Below, piece after piece: positions 1 to 5,978 of a stretch of 14,368 nucleotides of DNA. The stretch's first letter is position 1. The number at the start of each line of letters is the position of its first letter. The notes beneath the pieces are model-generated. The model made no database searches. It was not told the DNA's origin and saw only the letters and a list, made by a program, of their open reading frames with translations. The DNA is from Armatimonadia bacterium. GTDB lineage: Bacteria > Armatimonadota > Zipacnadia > Zipacnadales > UBA11051. The position numbers were made by a program, and so were the translations under genes. Where the stretch lies: assembly GCA_039683575.1 (NCBI GenBank), contig JBDKRC010000086.1, forward strand, positions 1-14,368, given 5' to 3'.

Positions 1-1
1 T

Positions 2-466
2 GTCGCGGAGGGCATCGAGAGGCGGGTGACGTGGGGCGGACTGGACCTGGCGGAGGTGACGGCGGAGGAAATACGACTGCGAGTGCATATGACGCGCCCG
101 AATGCCGCGAGCACTACGCCCAGGCTCTATAGCTGGCAGGTGGCGACGCTACCGGTGCAGCGGCCAGTGCTGCAGGACCTGAGGGTTGAGGGGAAGGTTA
201 ACCCGGCAGGACTGCTGGACACGACGCCGGGGTTCACCTGGGGGTACTACGACCCGCAGGGCAAGGCGCAGGCGGCGTATGAGATGATCGTGGCTTCGAC
301 GAAGGAGAAGCTGGACAAGCACGAGGGAGACTTGTGGCAAAGCGGCGTGGTGGTGAGCACGGAGCAGAAGGCGGAGTACGCCGGTGTGCCGCTGGCGGAT
401 GAGACGACATACTTCTGGAAGGTGCGGGTCCAGAACGCGGAAGGGACGTGGTCCGAGGAATGGTAG
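2..466 (+). CDS. C-terminal part of a protein ending in an Ig/FN3-like domain resembling the N-terminal domain of GH78 alpha-L-rhamnosidases; probable virion decoration/accessory protein (5'-truncated by the window)
   Basis: Frame is open from position 2 to TAG at 464-466. The motif TPGFTW..DPQGKAQAAYEMIVAST...GDLWQSGVV...EYAG.PL..ETTYFWKVRVQN..G.WS matches the recognised pattern of that domain. Its stop overlaps the next ATG. Confidence 0.65.
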   Translation, partial: VAEGIERRVTWGGLDLAEVTAEEIRLRVHMTRPNAASTTPRLYSWQVATLPVQRPVLQDLRVEGKVNPAGLLDTTPGFTWGYYDPQGKAQAAYEMIVASTKEKLDKHEGDLWQSGVVVSTEQKAEYAGVPLADETTYFWKVRVQNAEGTWSEEW

Positions 467-1113
467 CCGAAGGTGTTTTTGCAACGGGGCTGGTGAGCTC
501 GTACTGCACGAGCGAGGACGTGTTCAAGGTGCTGCGCGGGTATGACTTGACGGGGTTCGGGGGCGAGGAGGGACTCGCGCCGAGGGTGCGCGAGCTGCTG
601 CCGATCACGATGAGCATGGTGGAATCGTACGCCGGGCGGGACTTCCGCCTCCACGCAGAGGAGACGGTCCGGGTTGATGGGACGGGGACGGATCGGGTGT
701 ATGTCATAGCGGCGGGCGTGCCGACCCCGGCGACGGTGCAGGGCGTGAAGGTGGACGGGCAGGAGGTCTCGGCAGGGGGGTGGCGGGCTTACCCGGCGAC
801 GGGGATGGTGCGGCTGACGCCTGAGGCCCGCCTGCGAACGTTCACGGCGGGTGTGCAGAATGTGGAGCTGGTGGTGGACTGGGGCTGGGAGACCACGCCG
901 GCAGAGGTGGCGCTGGTGCAGGCGAAGTTGACCGCGGCGGAGTTGCTGGCGGAGCTTGGCGGGGAAGGCGGGACCGTGGCGGAGACGCGGATCGGCGACT
1001 ACGCGGTGCGCTATGCCGAGGGCGGGAAGTTCGGCGGGGCGGTGCAGAGACTGTGCGCGGAGGCGGAGGCGGTGTTGCGGAGGTATGTGGCGGTGAGGAT
1101 GGCGGCGGTCTGA
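460..1113 (+). CDS. Phage head-tail adaptor/connector (HK97 gp6 / SPP1 gp15-like)
   Basis: ATG at 460 overlaps the upstream stop (GAGGAATGGTAG). Motifs YCTSEDV, VESYAGRDF, DGTG, F..GVQNVELVVDWGW..TPAEV, ETRIGDYAVRY and final L.RY are typical of adaptors; the operon position fits. Confidence 0.8.
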   Translation: MVAEGVFATGLVSSYCTSEDVFKVLRGYDLTGFGGEEGLAPRVRELLPITMSMVESYAGRDFRLHAEETVRVDGTGTDRVYVIAAGVPTPATVQGVKVDGQEVSAGGWRAYPATGMVRLTPEARLRTFTAGVQNVELVVDWGWETTPAEVALVQAKLTAAELLAELGGEGGTVAETRIGDYAVRYAEGGKFGGAVQRLCAEAEAVLRRYVAVRMAAV

Positions 1114-1154
1114 GGTTGGGGAAGGGCTGTCAGCATGCGGTAGCGCTGGCAGCC

Positions 1155-1238
1155 GGAATGGGGACAGACCCCGTTTTCGCAGGTCAGGAAGCGGTTGATG
1201 AGGGTTAGGCGGGCGAAAGCGGGGTCAGTCCCCATTCC
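1155..1238. repeat. Hairpin (REPIN/MITE-like) element, copy 1: 26-bp inverted arms around a 32-bp spacer
   Basis: GGAATGGGGACAGACCCCGTTTTCGC (1155-1180) and GCGAAAGCGGGGTCAGTCCCCATTCC (1213-1238) are reverse complements with 2 mismatches. Confidence 0.85.
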
Positions 1239-1261
1239 TGGCGGTGAGGTGTTGGGGTGCC

Positions 1262-1300
1262 GGGCCGGATGCCGACGGTGAGGCTGTCGGCATTCGGCCC
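1262..1300. repeat. Intergenic 17-bp inverted repeat
   Basis: GGGCCGGATGCCGACGG pairs with CTGTCGGCATTCGGCCC, with 2 G-T wobbles. Confidence 0.7.
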
Positions 1301-1326
1301 CTCCGTTGGGAGGTCGGTGTGCGAAC

Positions 1327-1351
1327 GGCGGGGTACGAGCCCCCGCCCTAC
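1327..1351 (-). repeat. GTAG-type REP-like palindrome
   Basis: Minus strand reads GTAG-GGCGGGG-GCTCGTA-CCCCGCC: a tetranucleotide followed by a GC-rich hairpin, the canonical REP layout. Confidence 0.7.
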
Positions 1352-1382
1352 AGTAGAGGATCTGGCAAGGTGAGGTAGCTGG

Positions 1383-1913
1383 ATGGTGGATGTGAACCTG
1401 ACGGGGCTATTGAGGCATGAGGTATGGATCGAGCGGCCTGAGGTGCGGATGGTGGCGGGGGATGTAGCCGTGGCGCGAGGCGTGAGGCAGGAGGGGCTGG
1501 TGCGGGCGCTGGTGAGGCCGTTGGACGCACGGGAGACGGCGGGGCTGCTCGGAAGGATGGAAGAGGCGCGGTATGCGGTGTACATGACGGCGGCGGAGGA
1601 CTTGGCGGAGGGGGATGTGCTGGCGCAGAGGCTGTGGGTGACGCGGCTGGCTGAGGCGGCAGCGGAGGGCGCGAGGGAGTTGCGGGTTGAGGAGGCGTTG
1701 GCGCGGCCCGGCGAGGAGATTGAGGTTGGGGGAGAGAGCGGCGTTGTGGCGGCAGTTGTGGACGAGGTAGTTAGTTTGGCGGAGGGGCTTGAGGAGAGAC
1801 ATGAGGCGGGGTGTGAGGTCGTGGGCGTGAGGCGGTTTGAGGTGCTGGGCGTGGAGGATGAAGGCGGGCAGGGGCACCATTGGCGGGTGTTGGTTCGGCC
1901 GCGGGTGGTGTAG
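1383..1913 (+). CDS. Probable head-closure/stopper (SPP1 gp16-like) protein with an inserted ~60-aa beta domain
   Basis: GAGGT RBS upstream of the ATG. N-terminal LLRHEVWIERP, central DLAEGDVL and C-terminal RRFEVLGVEDEGGQGHHWRVLV fit head-closure proteins; it directly follows the adaptor. Confidence 0.65.
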   Translation: MVDVNLTGLLRHEVWIERPEVRMVAGDVAVARGVRQEGLVRALVRPLDARETAGLLGRMEEARYAVYMTAAEDLAEGDVLAQRLWVTRLAEAAAEGARELRVEEALARPGEEIEVGGESGVVAAVVDEVVSLAEGLEERHEAGCEVVGVRRFEVLGVEDEGGQGHHWRVLVRPRVV

Positions 1914-1915
1914 GG

Positions 1916-2002
1916 GACGGCAGGGAACGGGGAACGGCAACGGCGGGCGGGCAGGATGCCCGCGCACCTACGGCAACGGCAAACGGCAAACGGCGGACGG
2001 CG
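1916..2002 (-). repeat. GTAG-type REP-like palindrome (1947-1971) embedded in short AACGGC(A) tandem repeats
   Basis: Minus strand reads GTAG-GTGC-GCGGGCA-TCC-TGCCCGC. The + strand flanks carry repeated aacggc/aacggca units. Confidence 0.7.
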
Positions 2003-2013
2003 AGAGGTGAGGG

Positions 2014-2694
2014 ATGGGTTTGGATATGTTTCATCAGAATGAGATCGCGCGGGCGCTGCGGATGGTGGTGTCGGGGGCGTCGCTGCTTGGCGCGGAGGTG
2101 TCCGGCGGTCAGGTCGTGACTGTGGCGTCGAACCGGCTGTTCCCGGCGGGGGCGCTGGTGCGGCTGGTGGATGACAACGATCAGGTTGAGGAGCATGTGG
2201 TGGCTGAGGCGCTCGGTGTGGACCAGGTGCGGCTGGAGGCGGAGGTTGTCGGGACCTTTGGACCGGCGGCGAAGGCGAGACTGCAGCTTCGTGAGGGGGC
2301 GGCGGCGCGCTTGAAGTGGGTCGCGCAGGGCCGGCCGGAGATGATGCCTGAGCCGAGGCGGGCGCAGCTTCCCGCGGTGGTGGTGGAGCCGGTGGGGATG
2401 AAGCAGCCAGCCAATGCGGGGACGAACCGCACCTATCAGCAGGAGTATGAGTTCGACGTCTTCTACATCCGGAAGGTCGCCGAGGGTGAGGAGGCGGGGG
2501 TGGAGTTGGGCGAGGAGGTCGCGGACCTGTTCAATCTGGTCATGAGCGACCCGTACCTGGAGGAGACTTGCTGGCATGCGCAGGTGACCGAGGTACAGAT
2601 GCGGCCACGCGAGGAGGAGGAGTTGCGGCGCAAGCAGGCGGGGGTGCAGGTGGTGCGGATGGGGGTGCTGGCGCAGAGGGCGGAGGTTTGGTAA
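2014..2694 (+). CDS. Probable tail terminator/tail-completion protein (lambda gpU-like fold) with an extra N-proximal beta domain
   Basis: LPAVVVEP...YEFDVFY...EEVADLFNLVMSDPYLEETC..AQVTEV resembles tail terminators; it lies immediately before the tail tube gene and has a GAGG RBS. Confidence 0.65.
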   Translation: MGLDMFHQNEIARALRMVVSGASLLGAEVSGGQVVTVASNRLFPAGALVRLVDDNDQVEEHVVAEALGVDQVRLEAEVVGTFGPAAKARLQLREGAAARLKWVAQGRPEMMPEPRRAQLPAVVVEPVGMKQPANAGTNRTYQQEYEFDVFYIRKVAEGEEAGVELGEEVADLFNLVMSDPYLEETCWHAQVTEVQMRPREEEELRRKQAGVQVVRMGVLAQRAEVW

Positions 2695-2756
2695 CGGCGT
2701 TGATGGTTGATCGTTGAATGGTAGAGGCGGAGAACGGAGAGGGTGCGGAGGCTGCC

Positions 2757-2836
2757 GCCCCTTCGGGGCTCACGCCTTGTGGCGCGGGCGACCAGGCCCT
2801 TGCGGACCTGGCTAGAGGCCGACGGCCCTTCGGGCC
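2757..2836. repeat. Composite palindromic repeat element of three short hairpins
   Basis: GCCCC-TTC-GGGGC, CCAGG-N10-CCTGG and GGCCC-TTC-GGGCC occur in series. Confidence 0.55.
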
Positions 2837-2844
2837 TGCAGAAG

Positions 2845-2955
2845 ACGGCGGAGGCGGGAACGGCGGAGGCGGGAACGGCGGAGGCGAGAACGGCGGAGGC
2901 GAGAACGCCGGAGGCGAGAACGCCGGAGGCGAGAACGGCGGAGGCGAGAACGCCG
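2845..2955 (+). repeat. VNTR: 7 full copies plus a partial copy of 15-bp ACG(G/C)CGGAGGCG(G/A)GA
   Basis: Units start at 2845, 2860, 2875, 2890, 2905, 2920 and 2935, with a partial unit at 2950. Confidence 0.95.
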
Positions 2956-2977
2956 CGGGAGCCGGGAAGACGAAGAA

Positions 2978-3002
2978 GTCGCGATCGGTGATCGCTCGTA
3001 CA
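2978..3002 (-). repeat. REP-like repeat family A, copy 1
   Basis: GTCGCGATCGGTGATCGCTCGTACA on the + strand; minus strand reads GTAC-GA-GCGATC-ACC-GATCGC-GAC. Near-identical copies lie at 5624 and 12555. Confidence 0.9.
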
Positions 3003-3058
3003 GATGAGACAAAGGCATTGGTCGCCGGAATGGCGGCGAAGACTGGGAGGTAGGTTGA

Positions 3059-3958
3059 ATGGGAGTGGCATTGGCGCAAGAGGGTGCGTTTGGGTTTGCT
3101 TTGCAGGCGGAGCAGGGGACCTATGTGGCTCCGACCGTTTGGTTGCCCTTGATGGGCGGCAAGCGCGGGGAGACGCTGCAGTGGAAGAAGAACTATGTGA
3201 CGCTGGACATGGCGGACGGCAATGACTTTGAGAGCCGGTACTTCGGCGTGGGTGAATGGGCCGAAGGCGAGATCGTGGTGCCGCTGGTGCCGGGAGCGCT
3301 GACAGCGCTATTGTCGTGGGTGCAGGACCGGGATCAGGACAATCAGGGCAAGTGGGCGTCGGTCGTGGTGGACTGCGTGAACGAGGTCAAGAAGATCACG
3401 GACTGCAAGGTGCGGCGGATGACGCTGGACCTGGTGAAGGGGCAGCCGGTGACGGCGACGCTTAGCGTGGCAGCGCTGAAGATGGAGAGCGGCGTGCCGG
3501 GCGCGGTTTCGATGCCGTCGGCAGCACCGTACCTGTACCGTGAGACCACGGTCCAAATCGCCAGCGGGGGCGACGCGCTGGAAGAGGATGTCAACTGCGA
3601 GCAGATCCGGATTGTGATCGAGAACATGGTCGAGGACCCGGCAGAGGGGCTGCGCCTGGTGAGTGGGAGCAACCCGCGGCACCTGTATAACCTCAGCGGC
3701 GTGCGGTGCCGAGGGGCTATCAGCCGGGACTTTGTGGATGCCGACCTGTATGCGGACTTTGCGGCTGGGCGGGAAGCGGCGCTGAGTATTGGGCTGGCGC
3801 GCGGGGCCAGTGCGGCGACGATCAGCCTGCCACGGGTGCTGTACACCGAAAGCGACATGGGGCTGCCGGGGTCGCACGAACAGCGGATCGTGGAGACGGT
3901 GCAATTCCTGGGGCTCGGGAGTGTCGATGGGCTGACGGCGCCGGTGGTGCTGGCGTAG
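3059..3958 (+). CDS. Phage major tail tube protein (siphovirus type)
   Basis: 299 aa with a GGAGG RBS. Motifs FGFALQAEQGTYVAPTVWLP, EGEIVVPL, DCKVRRMTL..VKGQPVTATLS, I.I.IEN, RG.ISRDF and TISLPRVLY match tube proteins; it sits between the terminator and the chaperone. Confidence 0.8.
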   Translation: MGVALAQEGAFGFALQAEQGTYVAPTVWLPLMGGKRGETLQWKKNYVTLDMADGNDFESRYFGVGEWAEGEIVVPLVPGALTALLSWVQDRDQDNQGKWASVVVDCVNEVKKITDCKVRRMTLDLVKGQPVTATLSVAALKMESGVPGAVSMPSAAPYLYRETTVQIASGGDALEEDVNCEQIRIVIENMVEDPAEGLRLVSGSNPRHLYNLSGVRCRGAISRDFVDADLYADFAAGREAALSIGLARGASAATISLPRVLYTESDMGLPGSHEQRIVETVQFLGLGSVDGLTAPVVLA

Positions 3959-4004
3959 GGGGAGGAACGACCGGAATTCAAAGGATGTAAGGATAGAGGC
4001 AAGG

Positions 4005-4466
4005 ATGGGAAGGATACGGCAGGAGTGGGTGGTGCTTGGGGAGGCTGGTTTGGGGGAGGTTGTGGAGGAGGGGCCGGTGGAGGTCGAGGGGTTCAGGCCT
4101 TGGGTGAGGGTGAGGGCGCTGACGGAGGCGGAGGCGCTGGAGAGGGAAGGGTTGGGGCTTTGGGAGGAGTATGAGCTGGTCGCCCGTGGGATTGAGGAGC
4201 CCGCCGTGTCGGTACGGCGGGCTTATGATTTGCGGGCGATGGCGGAGTATGACTACGCGCGCGCGGTGGTGGACTACTGCCTGCCGGAGATGACGGGTGA
4301 GGGTGTCCGGCAGAGGCTGGGGGCGGAGGCTACGGAGGCGGAGCGGGTTGAGTTCCTCGGGAGGATGCAGCCATGCCTCGCCGCCTGGGTGCATGAGGTC
4401 ATCGAGCGAGTGAACTGGCGGCGGCCGGAGCAGCGGGCGACGCTGGAGATGGCAAAAAAAAGCTGA
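4005..4466 (+). CDS. Tail assembly chaperone, short form (gpG-like)
   Basis: 153 aa, acidic/helical, directly after the tail tube. Contains WVRVRALT..E and ends in KKS on an A-rich slippery site, as is typical for this class. Confidence 0.75.
   Translation: MGRIRQEWVVLGEAGLGEVVEEGPVEVEGFRPWVRVRALTEAEALEREGLGLWEEYELVARGIEEPAVSVRRAYDLRAMAEYDYARAVVDYCLPEMTGEGVRQRLGAEATEAERVEFLGRMQPCLAAWVHEVIERVNWRRPEQRATLEMAKKS
4454..4461 (+). promoter_or_regulatory. Programmed -1 ribosomal frameshift site (A AAA AAA)
   Basis: GC-AAAAAAAA-GC-TGA is an A8 run in otherwise A-poor DNA, correctly phased as X XXY YYZ two codons before the stop. The -1 frame stays open to 4777. Confidence 0.8.
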
Positions 4467-4777
4467 AAGAGCTGGGAGCGGAGGGAAGGCTGCGCGTGGG
4501 GTTGGCGGAGACTGTGGGTGAGGTCGAGGTTGAGGGGCCGAGGCTGCGTGAGGGGCGGGACTTTGTGGGGCAGCAGCAGGCGGCGGCGCTGGGGGCGAGG
4601 CTGGGGGAAGTGAGGCGGAAGGTGCCGGCGTGGGCGCTTCTCGTGGTGCGGACGCTGCATGAGTTGCGGATGATGCGTGCGACGGGGCAACTGCCCGGCG
4701 GGAAGGCGTGGACGGAACAGGCGGCGTGGAAGGTGGAGCTGTGGGCGGTGTGGTGGATGGGGGCGGACGGGGAATGA
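4454..4777 (+). CDS. -1 frame extension of the tail assembly chaperone (gpT-like); fusion product 4005-4777 is about 257 aa
   Basis: Reads KKKLKELGAEGRLRVGLAE... into ORF 4496..4777. C-terminal GQLPGGKAWTEQAAWKVE resembles the LP..GG..DQP motif of gpT-like segments. Confidence 0.7.
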   Translation, partial: KKKLKELGAEGRLRVGLAETVGEVEVEGPRLREGRDFVGQQQAAALGARLGEVRRKVPAWALLVVRTLHELRMMRATGQLPGGKAWTEQAAWKVELWAVWWMGADGE

Positions 4778-4793
4778 AGCGGGAGAGGTACCC

Positions 4794-5450
4794 ATGAGGC
4801 AGATCGTGGAGAGAGCGCCGGTACCGGCGATGCGCAGGGAGTTCGTTGCTGGCGGGATGGGGACTAGGCGACGAGGAGCGCCGGTGGCGGCGGAGAGTGG
4901 AGAGCCGCCAGACGTAGTGGAGAGGCGCTTGGCGGAGGACCGGAGTGAGGCGGGGTCGCGTTGGGACCGAGGCCTGGCGGCGCGGGGATTGCGCGTTGAG
5001 GAACGACGACCACGTGGGTGGGTGCCTCTCCCCTATTCCCTGTTTGAGCGGCGGGGCCTGGAGAGGCGGATGGGCGAGGCTGGTGAGGCGGAGAGGGTGC
5101 CTGCAGAGCAGCTTGAGGTTGAGGGACGGTGGATGACGGAGGCGCAGGGGACTGGAGGCGAGGTCGGGCGTGAGGTGTTGAGAAGCAGACATGAGACGGA
5201 GACTGCGGGGAAGCCTTGGGTGCTGAAGGTACGGCGTGAGGCTGAGGCGCTGAGGACGCGGACGGATGGCCGTCACGCGGTAAGCGCGGGGGCGCGGAGG
5301 CGGTTTGGGGACGACAGGGCTGAGGCGCTGCTGAGGGGAGACGTACGGAGTGACAGCGGCCTGGAGAGTGCGGCTGGTGAGGCTGGGAAGCCGAGACGGC
5401 GGGGGCGGTTTGACGCGGAGGAGGGGTTGCGGTTGGAGCTGGTGAGGTGA
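4794..5450 (+). CDS. Hypothetical 218-aa R/E/G-rich protein at the tape-measure position (short or degenerate tape measure?)
   Basis: GAGG RBS then ATG at 4794; open for 657 nt. Identity is inferred from gene order only; no tape-measure motif recognised. Confidence 0.45.
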   Translation: MRQIVERAPVPAMRREFVAGGMGTRRRGAPVAAESGEPPDVVERRLAEDRSEAGSRWDRGLAARGLRVEERRPRGWVPLPYSLFERRGLERRMGEAGEAERVPAEQLEVEGRWMTEAQGTGGEVGREVLRSRHETETAGKPWVLKVRREAEALRTRTDGRHAVSAGARRRFGDDRAEALLRGDVRSDSGLESAAGEAGKPRRRGRFDAEEGLRLELVR

Positions 5451-5461
5451 GGGCTGGTGGT

Positions 5462-5549
5462 CAAAATGGGGACGGAGCCTTCGCGCGATTACCAGGTGGT
5501 CAAGTTCTGGCGGGGGGAATTGGCGCGCGAGGGCTCCGTCCCCATTTTG
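5462..5549. repeat. Hairpin (REPIN/MITE-like) element, variant copy: 26-bp arms, 36-bp spacer
   Basis: CAAAATGGGGACGGAGCCTTCGCGCG and CGCGCGAGGGCTCCGTCCCCATTTTG differ by 1 mismatch as reverse complements. The outer ATGGGGAC...GTCCCCAT ends are shared with the other two copies. Confidence 0.85.
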
Positions 5550-5569
5550 GGCGAGGGGTGCTCGGGGAG

Positions 5570-5594
5570 CGCCCGACCGGAGTGTCGGGCGTAC
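5570..5594 (-). repeat. REP-like palindrome with a GTAC end
   Basis: CGCCCGAC-CGGAGT-GTCGGGCG-TAC. Confidence 0.55.
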
Positions 5595-5623
5595 ATCGTA
5601 GTGGCCACAGTTGGTCGTGGATG

Positions 5624-5648
5624 GTCGCGATCAGTGATCGCTCGTACA
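5624..5648 (-). repeat. REP-like repeat family A, copy 2
   Basis: GTCGCGATCAGTGATCGCTCGTACA; one loop substitution relative to 2978-3002. Confidence 0.9.
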
Positions 5649-5732
5649 GCTTTGCCTTTCATGGGGGAGGGGCCATGTTGAAGAGTGTTGAGGAACGGTT
5701 AGCTACGGTCGTTCACGGGTCGGCGAGGCCGG

Positions 5733-5814
5733 CGATGGGGACAGACCCCAAATTCGCATGAGGCTTGCTGCTGAACGGTAGGGTTGGTTGCGAAATTGGG
5801 GTCAGTCCCCATCG
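5733..5814. repeat. Hairpin (REPIN/MITE-like) element, copy 2: 26-bp arms, 30-bp spacer
   Basis: CGATGGGGACAGACCCCAAATTCGCA and TGCGAAATTGGGGTCAGTCCCCATCG; same arm cores as 1155-1238. Confidence 0.85.
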
Positions 5815-5855
5815 GCTTGTGAGTACTCGGCGGGAAACGGACGGTCGGGGCGCCC

Positions 5856-5913
5856 GCCCGGCTGGAAGCCGGGCTCAAGTGGCGATACCCTCGCGGCGGG
5901 ATGCCGCTCGCAC
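5856..5913 (-). repeat. Two REP-like palindromes
   Basis: GCCCGGCT-GGA-AGCCGGGC (5856-5874) and TCGCGGCGGGATGCCGCTCGCAC (5891-5913). The second reads GTGC-GAGCGGCATCCCGCCGCGA on the minus strand, a family A-like variant. Confidence 0.6.
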
Positions 5914-5978
5914 GACGAATGACACCGCTTGCTTGGGCTTAGGCCAGATCGCGAAGTGGCTTTGCATAGAGGGATGAG

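Noticed and set aside
2-466. Alpha-L-rhamnosidase enzyme
   Set aside because: Only the Ig-like accessory domain is visible, and it is C-terminal with no catalytic barrel after it.
1114-1382. tRNA, riboswitch or other known ncRNA in the hairpin-rich gap
   Set aside because: No cloverleaf/TpsiC or known aptamer motif was recognised. The hairpins match repeat families seen in other gaps. An Infernal/Rfam scan would be decisive.
2845-2955. CRISPR array
   Set aside because: The 15-bp units are directly tandem with no spacers, and no cas genes are present. The 30-36 bp spacers elsewhere are flanked by inverted, not direct, repeats and are dispersed.
2718-3053. ORF with GGEN/GGGN repeats (and overlapping ORFs 2743..2991, 2463..3071, 2540..3079)
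   Set aside because: The openness is explained by the in-phase 15-bp VNTR and palindromic repeats; there is no protein-like signal.
5447-5977. Small ORFs 5447..5761, 5457..5681 and 5765..5977
   Set aside because: They run through stacked palindromic repeats and lack the codon pattern of the real genes, so the stretch is treated as intergenic.
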